This document shows, in pieces, positions 47,603 through 57,005 of a DNA stretch of 64,000 nt. Position 1 is the first letter of the stretch. Every line of letters starts with the position of its first letter. The DNA is from a virus. Both the position numbers and the translations under genes were made by a program. The stretch is from the IMG/VR virus record IMGVR_UViG_3300033153_005382, positions 1 to 64,000 of that record; one strand, given 5' to 3'. The notes below the pieces were generated by a model. The model did no database searches, was not told where the DNA came from, and saw only the letters and a list, made by a program, of their open reading frames with translations.

Positions 47603-47651
47603 CTGGCCTTGCCCCCTCCCCTGCCTCCCCCCTCCCCTGCCCCGCATCTTA

Positions 47652-47680
47652 ATTATATACCTATATCCTATGACTGTCAA
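47652..47680 (-). promoter_or_regulatory. consensus sigma70 early promoter
   Basis: TTGACA-N17-TATAAT with AT-rich upstream sequence. Confidence 0.9.
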
Positions 47681-47780
47681 TAGGCTTTAACCTGTTGGTA
47701 TATAAAGATTTACGATACGACTTTTCGTTAATTTCCATGGATTCAGACTGCTTTTAGGGGTAAACGCATTATAATAACAC

Positions 47781-47809
47781 AAAACCCCACACCTTTGGGG
47801 GGTGTGGGG
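47781..47809 (-). terminator. intrinsic terminator ending the late/glycan operon
   Basis: CCCCACACC / GGTGTGGGG stem followed by TTTTGTGTT. Confidence 0.8.
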
Positions 47810-47849
47810 CTATTATTCCCTTGATTTCTGTACTACTAATGTATTTCTA

Positions 47850-48053
47850 TTACCGTGGGTTCCGGCCCGGTTTCGTTTGTCTATTACTCCTAAATACGTC
47901 CACTTCTTCCTTCTCCAACAGTCGCCTGCCTAACACACAAATGGCCGTCAATCTTCCGTCGGCCAAAAAGTGAAACACCCTTCCATAACTCACTCCGATT
48001 CTCTCGGCTGATTCTTTTACAGTCAAATACTCCCGTCCTCCGACCTCTATCAT
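47850..48053 (-). CDS. excisionase-like HTH DNA-binding protein
   Basis: YLTVKESAERIGVS..RV......GRL.A. Confidence 0.8.
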   Translation of the reverse strand: MIEVGGREYLTVKESAERIGVSYGRVFHFLADGRLTAICVLGRRLLEKEEVDVFRSNRQTKPGRNPR

Positions 48054-48131
48054 TGCCTTGCCTTATTCAATCGAATCTTGTGGAGTTTCTTCCTTGACAG
48101 ATTCTTCTTCCTACCAGCCTGTCGATGACCC

Positions 48132-48329
48132 TTAATCCTCCTCTTCCGCTTCACTACGAACCCCTTTCAGATTTCCCTCTGCCTTCACAACTGTCGATGG
48201 CCGACGTCCAAAACGATACGGCCACAACGGACAGTCCTCTGCACTACACTCACGTACCTCCTTTACGCTTCCACCGGAACAATCTACACACTTTGCTCGA
48301 ATGGTTTTTAACGGTGTCTTTATCCTCAT
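48132..48329 (-). CDS. small 4-Cys phage protein
   Basis: IRAKCVDC.GG...EV..C....CPLWPYR.G. Confidence 0.7.
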   Translation of the reverse strand: MRIKTPLKTIRAKCVDCSGGSVKEVRECSAEDCPLWPYRFGRRPSTVVKAEGNLKGVRSEAEEED

Positions 48330-48568
48330 CTTCTTGCTCCCATTCTATCTTAACATTCCCCATATGCTTTCGCCACAACGAATCAAACTTCGTCGCACTT
48401 ACACAACTACTCCTAGGTACTACTATCTCAGTCATGGCCCCAGTCACGGACGTGTAATATCCATGCAACATCAATCCCACTGCTCCTACGACCCTGACCG
48501 TTGCGTATTCATCCCCTCTGCGAATCCGCAATTCGTTTCCCTCCTCCTCTGATAACCAATCCCTGATC

Positions 48569-49246
48569 CTAACTTTGAGCCAACGAAGCATAACATCTCC
48601 TTCCCTCGTTCTCCCCATAGAACCTCTCAATTATAGATGACTCACTCTCCTTGACCCTAGACAACAGATCCTTGTTCCACTTCACTTCTACAAAACTGTG
48701 AGAACATGGGCCTTCATCTATTACCTGACGCCTAAATCCGACTAGTCCTAACAAGTCCGATAGATCACTGCTTATGGTCTCGTACCGTCCTATCCAATCA
48801 ACCCACTCTCCCTGATCCGGACCAACATATGATTCAATCAACCTAGTATACCACAATGGGTACCTCTCCAACATTACAAACACCCAATCGGCAAACGTTC
48901 CCTTTTTTGTTTCCCTGAAAACATCTAAAGCAGTAGCCAATGGATGCCACTTCACACACTTCGTCCTAACCGCAAACTTAGGCGGCTTCATACTAAACCA
49001 CATCCATACAGACTCGTAATACGATACAGGGTGTCTCACAAACGTCGCTACCATCTTGACATCTACCATCCGATGGCGATGCTTATGAGCATACAACCCC
49101 CACTTATCCGCACTCCATTGCACTTGAGCTTTATACCACGACTCGGCTTCGATGTTCCAGTTTGCTAACGATCTATTCAACCACTCCGTCCCTGTCCGCG
49201 GGATGTACTGGATCATTAACCCTTTGCTTCTTATGAACCTTGACAA
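48569..49246 (-). CDS. sulfotransferase family 2-like protein
   Basis: YIPRTG (5'-PSB), FVRHP...YES (3'-PB), IGRYE; SD GGAGG plus TTG start. Confidence 0.7.
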   Translation of the reverse strand: MSRFIRSKGLMIQYIPRTGTEWLNRSLANWNIEAESWYKAQVQWSADKWGLYAHKHRHRMVDVKMVATFVRHPVSYYESVWMWFSMKPPKFAVRTKCVKWHPLATALDVFRETKKGTFADWVFVMLERYPLWYTRLIESYVGPDQGEWVDWIGRYETISSDLSDLLGLVGFRRQVIDEGPCSHSFVEVKWNKDLLSRVKESESSIIERFYGENEGRRCYASLAQS

Positions 49247-49950
49247 GTTCTCCTCCCTTCGACTATAAACTTGAACTTGCTCCAATCTGTCCACGTATTG
49301 ACAGATAACGGACACTTGGATACGTGTATAGCCTTAATCTCAATCCTACCCTCAATCCACGTCAACTGTTCCAACGACTCCTTTCTAGCATAGCTCGATA
49401 CCTGGTTGCCATTATTATACCACCACTCCAGAGCTACAGGATCCATCGCATACACTCCAACATGAATTTTAGCTCCCCGCATCCAAGCTCGGCTAAACCA
49501 ATGACATCTGCCATATGATTCCGTTACCTTCACAACACTATACCGTGCATAATCCTCGATTTCTGACGGTCCTACTATTGTATTAACTCCTCCATTTACC
49601 GAACAGGCCATCTTAACCTGCTCCGGCTGAATAAACGGCTCATCAACTTGCCAATTGACGATCCTCCTCCAGTCCGACAACCCACCTATTTCGTGAAACA
49701 GTCCTGCTATTCGACTTGTACCACAATCAAACTCACGATGTTCTGTGGTCTTGACAGTAATACCCTTTTCCTTACACAAATCCACTACCTCATTGTCTCC
49801 TGTCACAATCCATACGTTTTTCGTGAACTTGCTTGCCTGACTATGCGTCCATTCTAACAGTGTCTTTCCTCCTGCCACCAACATGGGTTTTCTTGGCAGC
49901 CTCGTGCTTTGATTCCTTACGGGAATTACAACTAGATCAGAAGTACTCAT
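49231..49950 (-). CDS. KdsB-like (CMP-Kdo synthetase) cytidylyltransferase
   Basis: IPVR..STRLP.KP, GTSRI, VN.QVDEP, VKV, FSR, HVGVYA, ESLEQL. Confidence 0.85.
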   Translation of the reverse strand: MSTSDLVVIPVRNQSTRLPRKPMLVAGGKTLLEWTHSQASKFTKNVWIVTGDNEVVDLCKEKGITVKTTEHREFDCGTSRIAGLFHEIGGLSDWRRIVNWQVDEPFIQPEQVKMACSVNGGVNTIVGPSEIEDYARYSVVKVTESYGRCHWFSRAWMRGAKIHVGVYAMDPVALEWWYNNGNQVSSYARKESLEQLTWIEGRIEIKAIHVSKCPLSVNTWTDWSKFKFIVEGRRTCQGS

Positions 49951-50488
49951 ATCGTTCGCACAGCTCCTCTTCCCTATGAACTATTTGTTGTCGTAGCCTC
50001 CGTACGTCCTTTGCCATAATTACACGCCTCCTCAACCGAGCCGGTATCTCAACCTCCTTCATTACGTCTAACACTCCTTCGTTGATTCCCAATGACGAGA
50101 AAAACTCATCCACATTCCATGGGAAATCTTCGCACCTAAGACACACTTCAGCTTTGTACTCCTCCAGTATGTCTACTAACTGCACTTCGCTTTGCATCAA
50201 GTAGCTTTGAACAAACTCCATCCACCCTGTCCTTCGCAGTCCCCTAAACTGCTCGACGCAACATCCTACACACTGTCTCTTGCCTTTTGTATACTTGTAA
50301 ACCTCTCTCAGCCAATCAAACGGATGACGAACTAGTCCTACTCGAAACGATTGGCTTCGTCTTGACGGTGGTCTATGCAAATCCCCTTCCCCTTCTTCCT
50401 TCAATCCTGCTGTAAATGCAGCTTTAATAAACCACTCCCCACCTGTTCCAATTGGACAGGCAAATTCAAACAATCCAAAGTCTATCAT
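49937..50488 (-). CDS. degenerate sulfotransferase-like protein
   Basis: P..TGG.W, VRHPFDWL, LR.ED. Confidence 0.5.
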   Translation of the reverse strand: MIDFGLFEFACPIGTGGEWFIKAAFTAGLKEEGEGDLHRPPSRRSQSFRVGLVRHPFDWLREVYKYTKGKRQCVGCCVEQFRGLRRTGWMEFVQSYLMQSEVQLVDILEEYKAEVCLRCEDFPWNVDEFFSSLGINEGVLDVMKEVEIPARLRRRVIMAKDVRRLRQQIVHREEELCERYEYF

Positions 50489-50491
50489 ATA

Positions 50492-50782
50492 TCACCCCAA
50501 CAATACCTCATCATGGTTCATCTGATTCAACTCCTTTACCTCCCTCCTCCTAACCCACGTCGCAACTAATTCTTTCACCTCCTCACATGGCACATCAACT
50601 ACTTTCCGATTCGTCTTCCTGTCTATTATAGCCACGGTACCCTCGAAGCTTTCCTTAGCTATGAACTTGAACTTCTCACATTCTACGATCAACATCATCA
50701 TCCTCTCACTTTCTAAACCACCATATATCACCCTTCCTGATGTACTCCAACTTATATCCATCTTCCTCAACAAATTCATCAA
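50492..50782 (-). CDS. hypothetical protein
   Basis: ORF; the true start is probably downstream (about 50702). Confidence 0.4.
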   Translation of the reverse strand: MMNLLRKMDISWSTSGRVIYGGLESERMMMLIVECEKFKFIAKESFEGTVAIIDRKTNRKVVDVPCEEVKELVATWVRRREVKELNQMNHDEVLLG

Positions 50783-51251
50783 CCGGTATTCGAACCTCTG
50801 ATTCCTTATGCCCTAATCCCAAATAGTCATGTCCGATTGCAAATCCACCTCCTTTCACTTTTCTTACCCAACATCGCAAATCCTCCTCAACATCCTCAGC
50901 TTTATGGCTTCCATCGATGAACACAAAATCCAAAGACCCATCCTCGACTGTCTTGGAAGCCTTAGTACTTGACTCCCAAATAACCTCATACCGATACCCC
51001 GGAAATGCCGACAACCTCCGAATTGCTTCATCATGACATTTCGACATCTTCTCAACGCTGTAGTTAACAGTGCCTCCTCCGTGTCCTCTCTCCCATATAT
51101 CAACCAGCATCAATCGAAGTCCGGGGAACTCCTTCAACAACTTCGCTGATGTTCCTGCCTTCCAAACTCCAATTTCCGCACCTACCAATGGTCCACCTGG
51201 GAACTCCCTCTGCAACAACTTGTACAAAGACCGTCGGTACTTTGCCATCAC
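50706..51251 (-). CDS. class I SAM methyltransferase (Methyltransf_24)
   Basis: GAEIGV..AG, VD.W, LDFVFIDGSH, V..D, GG...GHDY. Confidence 0.9.
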   Translation of the reverse strand: MMAKYRRSLYKLLQREFPGGPLVGAEIGVWKAGTSAKLLKEFPGLRLMLVDIWERGHGGGTVNYSVEKMSKCHDEAIRRLSAFPGYRYEVIWESSTKASKTVEDGSLDFVFIDGSHKAEDVEEDLRCWVRKVKGGGFAIGHDYLGLGHKESEVRIPVDEFVEEDGYKLEYIRKGDIWWFRK

Positions 51252-52027
51252 AATCCCCTCCTTTGCTTTGGACTCTCGTAAACCCGTTTCGGATGTCTAA
51301 GCCTATAAACTCCCAGCAGATCGACCTTGGTAATCAGCCCCTTTTCCCGACAATTCTTTCGATACCTCATATCGCATCTACAACTCACAAACGTTCCATC
51401 TGGCGTCGGTGTCTGAAACGTCTTATCGTCTGGCAAGTAGCCTTCCGACCTTGCAAAATCTCCCCTCACTATCTGAACCCCACCGATAGCCTTATTCAAT
51501 TTCTTGTGAACAAACTCTTCCGGTTTGATGTCGATTGTCTGCGGATATCTGTGTATCTGTTCTACCCTCGCCGTTCCTATATCCCAATCACGATGTATCA
51601 TTGTGTTCTCCGGATACACCATTACAGTTCCATCTGGCCAGTCCAACCCTCCCAATGATTCCAAACACCCTTGGTGAAACACATAATCAACATCGGTAAA
51701 CCACACTATATCAGCCCGTGTATTCTTCGACGCTATGTTCCTTCCGATAGCCCGCCGTCCTACTCGACCGGGACTCAACGTTACTACCTGCAAATCCAAC
51801 CAACCATGGTGCCGAACAAAGTAGTTCAGTACTGCTCTCGTAGCCCTATCCTCTTCCGGACAACACACAATGGTAATTCGTACATCAACCTCCCGCTTAG
51901 CAGGATAATACAACACCAACGAACTCAATTGGTACATGAGCAACGAATCGTAATACGGTCGCTCAATCGACTGACAATGAGACACTATCTCTATCAACAT
52001 CAAACTCCCTTTCGAACTTGTAGCCAA
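51248..52027 (-). CDS. GT-A (GT2-like) glycosyltransferase
   Basis: R..GRN.A, WFTDVDY (DxD); likely start near 52000. Confidence 0.75.
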   Translation of the reverse strand: MATSSKGSLMLIEIVSHCQSIERPYYDSLLMYQLSSLVLYYPAKREVDVRITIVCCPEEDRATRAVLNYFVRHHGWLDLQVVTLSPGRVGRRAIGRNIASKNTRADIVWFTDVDYVFHQGCLESLGGLDWPDGTVMVYPENTMIHRDWDIGTARVEQIHRYPQTIDIKPEEFVHKKLNKAIGGVQIVRGDFARSEGYLPDDKTFQTPTPDGTFVSCRCDMRYRKNCREKGLITKVDLLGVYRLRHPKRVYESPKQRRGL

Positions 52028-52661
52028 ACCGATCTACATCCCTTTGGTAATATCTCCCTACTATCTCTACCAACTCCTCGTCGTAGTATGACTGATACCT
52101 CCTATGCTTTGACGTCCTACTGACAGGAAGCGGCACGTATGTCTTTCCGATCTCATCACAGAACCTTCTCCAATCCTCCTTCAACGTTTCAAATCGTAAT
52201 ACCTTATCGACGCCCCATTTTAACCAGGCTACCTGTGGGTTCACCTGTGAAAAACTCCGAACGTTTCGACTACTTACCGGCTTCACAAACCTACCCGTCG
52301 ATACTGTCCTTGCAAACAAATCGAAGGTCTTCAAACTTTGACTTGATCCTCGCTTCGGTGACCTCCTAGGACGAAACTCCGACAGATAAGCATACAGACT
52401 AACCAACCTATCCCATGGATTCCGTACCACTGCCAACTTGATCGACCTATCCCACCACTCCTGTGATATATACTTCTTTCGATAGTACCCTGCAGCTACG
52501 TGCCTCAAATCCGTAAAATCACACCACTCGTCCCAATCCTGTGGCCTCCTTCGCTGGTAACCTCCTCCGTTCTTCTTCATCCACTCCGTTATGGACGTTC
52601 CTGCTGTCTTCGGTATGTGAATGAATATCACCTGCTTGACCATACTCAACTCCCATAACAA
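51963..52661 (-). CDS. sulfotransferase family 2
   Basis: FIHIPKTAGTS, VRNPWDRLVS.Y, RFETL..D, D...FGY. Confidence 0.92.
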   Translation of the reverse strand: MLWELSMVKQVIFIHIPKTAGTSITEWMKKNGGGYQRRRPQDWDEWCDFTDLRHVAAGYYRKKYISQEWWDRSIKLAVVRNPWDRLVSLYAYLSEFRPRRSPKRGSSQSLKTFDLFARTVSTGRFVKPVSSRNVRSFSQVNPQVAWLKWGVDKVLRFETLKEDWRRFCDEIGKTYVPLPVSRTSKHRRYQSYYDEELVEIVGRYYQRDVDRFGYKFEREFDVDRDSVSLSVD

Positions 52662-53290
52662 TACTCAAATCGTTCTACGTCCTCCCGATAGAATCTACCT
52701 ACCTTTCTAACCAAATCATCAGTATAATACATCCAATAATCCCTACCTCGTCTCGACTTGTTCAACTTCCCCAACTTGGCTTGCGGCAACTCCGACTGCC
52801 TACAAAACTGACACCACTCATCCTCCAAATTCTCAAAACGAATCAAGACATCAACTTGCTTCCGCAGCCATTCTACCTGTGGATTCGCTTGTCCAAACTC
52901 CCTACAAGCTCTTCCACTAACTCGTCCTACCCATCTAGAACATCCCGAACATACCTCGGTGGCAAATTCCTCAAAACTTGTAAGATGTACATTTGACCGT
53001 TTCCAATGGCCCCGAAACCTAATCCCTTTCCAATAGGCATACAGACTAACCAACCTATCCCATGGATTCCGTACCACTGCCAACTTGATCGACCTATCCC
53101 ACCACTCCTCGGTGATATGTCCTTTCGATAAATACCACTCTGACGACAAATGGCCTAAGCTCGTAAACCAACATCCTTTGTCCCACTCCTTCGGTCTGTA
53201 TTTCTGAAACGTTCCGTTCCTTCGTCCATACGACTCAATGGACGTGCCTGCGCATCGCGGTACATGGACAAATATCACCTGTCTTGTCAT
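52646..53290 (-). CDS. sulfotransferase family 2 (paralogue)
   Basis: FVHVPRCAGTS, VRNPWDRLVS.Y, RFENL. Confidence 0.9.
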   Translation of the reverse strand: MTRQVIFVHVPRCAGTSIESYGRRNGTFQKYRPKEWDKGCWFTSLGHLSSEWYLSKGHITEEWWDRSIKLAVVRNPWDRLVSLYAYWKGIRFRGHWKRSNVHLTSFEEFATEVCSGCSRWVGRVSGRACREFGQANPQVEWLRKQVDVLIRFENLEDEWCQFCRQSELPQAKLGKLNKSRRGRDYWMYYTDDLVRKVGRFYREDVERFEYCYGS

Positions 53291-53844
53291 GCCGGCCTCA
53301 ACACCATAATCCGCTTCGTAAAGTATGGCCGTGTCAATCTATTCCTTAACCTACTAGTCTCCTCGTCATCTACCAACCAATCCCATTCCCTGAATCTAGC
53401 TGCTACGTACTCAGGCTTCCTATTGTTCACATGGCCATTGCCTCTCTGTCCAGGCTTTCCCCAAGTGACTATTAGCCCTTTCTTTGCCAACAAACTAACA
53501 TTGCGAAAAACCTCATCCTCAAAAGCTTTGGGAATATGCTCCCCAACATCGAGGAACAATCCCCAATCCTCAGCACTGTACGGAATTGTATCTGACGTCA
53601 AATCACAAAACTTGACAAGTCCTCCTGTAATCTCCTCTACGTCTTCGCCTCCGTCCAATCCTACAACTTTGTACCCCAACTCCTGGAACGCCCTCACATA
53701 CTGTCCAACGCCGCATCCAATGTCAACAATGGTCTCGTCTATCGGGATCAAATCCGCCAATGCCCTTACTAACTCTGCCTTAGGCCTCTTCTTCGTCCTC
53801 TTTCCCAAGCTGTTTCTTGAGAACCCTCCCTTTGCTCTCCTCAT
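53287..53844 (-). CDS. class I SAM methyltransferase
   Basis: VDIGCGVG, GLDG, DLT, VGEHI, PGQ.G.GHVN. Confidence 0.88.
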   Translation of the reverse strand: MRRAKGGFSRNSLGKRTKKRPKAELVRALADLIPIDETIVDIGCGVGQYVRAFQELGYKVVGLDGGEDVEEITGGLVKFCDLTSDTIPYSAEDWGLFLDVGEHIPKAFEDEVFRNVSLLAKKGLIVTWGKPGQRGNGHVNNRKPEYVAARFREWDWLVDDEETSRLRNRLTRPYFTKRIMVLRPA

Positions 53845-53847
53845 GGT

Positions 53848-55179
53848 CTACCTCCTATGTCTAAATATCGGTTCGGGTCCCTTATCTACTAATCCCTTCA
53901 ACATTCCACACCTAGGCCTAATAAGACGCTGATCCGGCTGGAACGAATCCCAAAGCTCCTGCAACGTCATTCGACCGAATCTCTTATCGACGGAATACGT
54001 AATGAACTGCTCATCGCCTGCTTTCTTCTTGGGATACTTCTCTATCAATTCCTCATAGTCCTCGAAAAACCAATCCAGTAACTCAACACACGTGAAGTAC
54101 ATAAAGCATCCAAACAATCCTACCAACGGTGTCACCCGGGTCCAGCCATTGCCCTCCCTAGGCCGAAACCAAAAATAGCCTTTCTTGTAACTAATCAAAG
54201 GCATTTGCATCAACCGACCCAACCCTTTCTTTGCATACAACAACTCCATTACCCTGCCTTGATCGAATCCAAGAGCCGGATACGTATCCATATCCGTATA
54301 CAGCACCTCACCATATTCCTTCAACGCTTCCCTAACTAAGTACAACTTATTCCATGACAACACTCCACCCGACACCCTCATTATCGGTTCCGGATGTACC
54401 TCCACTATATTCCTAGCTCCCTTATCCTCTAACAGCTGCGTAGCCTCCCTTCCCATGGTATAATACACAACCGTCTCCTGTGCAAACTCCGGATTTCTGC
54501 GAAACGATTTTCGTAGGTCCTTCAAAATCTTCGGACGGGTCCGTTCAAAATCGCCACCATACAACACTCGCACAAACTTCATGGTTAAACCCTCCGACCT
54601 CCGAAAAACTAACAATCGCTTGTTCATCCTACTAAACTGTCCAGCTACCGCTCTAGCTTGCCTTGTCTTCTCCTCACTGAGACACCACCCCAATCGTCCA
54701 AACAAATTCGCTACGTATGATGCTTCCCTTCTATTCTTAGCCCTCCAATCAGGCGTCTTCTCATCTGCCCAAGCAACAACTAACCACTTCCTCGGAATTC
54801 TCGCTGTCCCTTTTGCTAGCTCCCACTCTAATTTCCTAGGGACATGCTCTCCTACATTCAACATCAATCCCCAATCCGCACATTTATCCCACTTTCCACT
54901 TCCTTCAGTCACGTCGAACTGAAAAGTCCTCCCCTCACTAATCTCCTCTATTCCTTCTGATCCATCCAATCCGAATATCTTGTATGCATTGGTCTTATGC
55001 ATACAAGTCTTTACCAGTTTGCCTGGCCCTGCTCCAATATCTACGACACTCGCTCCTTCGGGAACGATTGTCTTGATCATCTGATACATCAACCGACGTT
55101 TCTTCTTACCAACATTCAGTCTTGCATTCAACTGCTGCTCGGCTGTAAAAACGCCAGTATTGTCTCTCTCCTTATCCAT
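53848..55179 (-). CDS. methyltransferase fused to a GT-A-like domain
   Basis: N-terminal VDIGAGPG/VGEHV, paralogous to 53287..53844; C-terminal K.......Y.EVLYTDMD ... GDEQ. Confidence 0.7.
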   Translation of the reverse strand: MDKERDNTGVFTAEQQLNARLNVGKKKRRLMYQMIKTIVPEGASVVDIGAGPGKLVKTCMHKTNAYKIFGLDGSEGIEEISEGRTFQFDVTEGSGKWDKCADWGLMLNVGEHVPRKLEWELAKGTARIPRKWLVVAWADEKTPDWRAKNRREASYVANLFGRLGWCLSEEKTRQARAVAGQFSRMNKRLLVFRRSEGLTMKFVRVLYGGDFERTRPKILKDLRKSFRRNPEFAQETVVYYTMGREATQLLEDKGARNIVEVHPEPIMRVSGGVLSWNKLYLVREALKEYGEVLYTDMDTYPALGFDQGRVMELLYAKKGLGRLMQMPLISYKKGYFWFRPREGNGWTRVTPLVGLFGCFMYFTCVELLDWFFEDYEELIEKYPKKKAGDEQFITYSVDKRFGRMTLQELWDSFQPDQRLIRPRCGMLKGLVDKGPEPIFRHRR

Positions 55180-55834
55180 CCCAATTTTCCGGATTGAACA
55201 CTTTGATAGGAGTAGTCCTTCTCGGAAACTTTCCTTCCGGTGGTGTTCCTCCTACGAAATCAGCTATCAATTTCCACAACACCAAATCCTTCATACTGAA
55301 CACATCCAAAACCAACAAACGTTCTGGTTCCCGTGCGAAGTACTCCTGAACTTCGCTAGAATGCCTAATAAACCCTTCCCTTAGTTGCTCCTTAGTCGGA
55401 GTCTCACTTCCATAATGTCTCTTGTGCAACATGTTACCGCGGCGAGGATCAGCTCTTCCTCCTGTTCCGATCTTTCCTTTAGCAGACTTCAACCATTGAT
55501 CTACTGGCCGCAACGTGAGAATAAACTTCGAGTCCTGCCTCTCCTCAGCCAACTGTCTCCAATGGAACGACGGCATGTGTCCGCAATACTCGTAAGTCTC
55601 ATACAACATCAAATCAATACGTCCTGCTTCCATCTTCTCGATGGCGTCATTGATACACAAAGTACAGCCTCCCGATCCATGAATAGCTTTCAAACCGAAC
55701 GACTTAAAAGCAACATAAACAGACCTTGTTGCAGTCCTTCCCATTCCTATCTCGAAATAACGACACCTCACCTCCTTCAGCAAAACTCCCCGATGCCTTG
55801 CACATGCCCACGGTCTGTTATATGGTCTGTTCAT
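55172..55834 (-). CDS. sulfotransferase (Sulfotransfer_4-like)
   Basis: IG.GRTAT.S, KFILT.R....W..S, V.EYF.....RLL, W..I..F, FP. Confidence 0.82.
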   Translation of the reverse strand: MNRPYNRPWACARHRGVLLKEVRCRYFEIGMGRTATRSVYVAFKSFGLKAIHGSGGCTLCINDAIEKMEAGRIDLMLYETYEYCGHMPSFHWRQLAEERQDSKFILTLRPVDQWLKSAKGKIGTGGRADPRRGNMLHKRHYGSETPTKEQLREGFIRHSSEVQEYFAREPERLLVLDVFSMKDLVLWKLIADFVGGTPPEGKFPRRTTPIKVFNPENWDG

Positions 55835-56017
55835 GCTTCAATGCCTCGTAATCGAATGAATACAACTTGCGAAATCGTCCAACTTCTCCTTTCTTTGTAC
55901 TCGATGGTGCCTCATGTACCATAAATTCTCTCCCAACAAACTCCTCAAACTTCCCCTTAGGGTTCCTCCGCCTGTCCTAGGGGAGATGCAATAGCAGTAC
56001 TTTCGGATAACCCATCA

Positions 56018-56965
56018 TCAACTTTCTACTAAATCGAGATGTCGATTCTTCACACTATTCCTCCAATCTGCCATCCCTCCTACGTTGTCCTCCAAACACT
56101 GTCTATACACTGGCCACCACAGATTAAATCCCTTTGCAGACTTCTCTGGCCGACAACACGAATCGCCATGGTAATGACGGACTACAACATCCTCATCCCT
56201 CAGCCCTTTCGGCTGGTATATTGGTGAACAGTTGTATTGCCCTCCGCAGGCCACAGCTATCTTATCCATATGCATGGACAACATCAGATGCAACACCCGC
56301 TCATCCGCAATAAACAACCTGCCACACCTTTTCGTCCACTCATACCACGTTGGCAATACTTCCGATATGGGCTGTGCTGCCCATACTCCTCCGTTAACCG
56401 ACGGCCATTTGCTTTTGCTTGCCTTCAGAACATGCTCGGCTGGTACTGAACACTCTAACAACTTCCTAATCCTATCGTAAACCATTCCACTGTCCATCGT
56501 CCAATCGTTCCATTGCGTAGCACAAAACGACCGATCCTCTGCTATCTCGAACAGTATATCCAGCTTCCCGTGAATTGTAGTATCCGCATCTAAATACAAC
56601 AACGTGCCACAATCCAATTCCATCGCCAAATCAATCTTGTCGAGAAACTGTGCATTGCTTCCTACTCCATCCTTCCGTCTCAACTTGGGATGTCGTTCCT
56701 TCGCCTCAATCCCCAGCCGCCTATCCCTAGCTATGAACTCCTTCCCTATGGAAAACGATTCCGGCCAACAATAGACTTCAACTGTACCTCCCCAACCCGA
56801 CTCCCTCAACGTCCACAACGAACAAACCAAATATGGCAAATGGGCCGCTCCACTCATCAAATACACTACCCGACGATCCTTGCCTCCTTGAAAAACCACC
56901 GTGCGTGCCTGTGATTTTTCTTCCTGCGATGGTTCGAGGACTATATTGTCCGAATCCTTATTCAT
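56018..56965 (-). CDS. GT-A (GT8-like) glycosyltransferase
   Basis: K, LYLDADT, NGGV, DE, YN, HYHG. Confidence 0.8.
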   Translation of the reverse strand: MNKDSDNIVLEPSQEEKSQARTVVFQGGKDRRVVYLMSGAAHLPYLVCSLWTLRESGWGGTVEVYCWPESFSIGKEFIARDRRLGIEAKERHPKLRRKDGVGSNAQFLDKIDLAMELDCGTLLYLDADTTIHGKLDILFEIAEDRSFCATQWNDWTMDSGMVYDRIRKLLECSVPAEHVLKASKSKWPSVNGGVWAAQPISEVLPTWYEWTKRCGRLFIADERVLHLMLSMHMDKIAVACGGQYNCSPIYQPKGLRDEDVVVRHYHGDSCCRPEKSAKGFNLWWPVYRQCLEDNVGGMADWRNSVKNRHLDLVES

Positions 56966-57005
56966 CTGGTTTACCTCCTAGCTAGCCTAGGTATTTTCTA
57001 GAAAC

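Noticed and set aside
47850-48053. Prophage integration module
   Set aside because: An excisionase-like HTH is present, but no integrase, repressor pair or host genes are in the window
52390-53109. Diversity-generating retroelement TR/VR pair
   Set aside because: The copies are identical with no adenine-specific mismatches, and no reverse transcriptase is in the window
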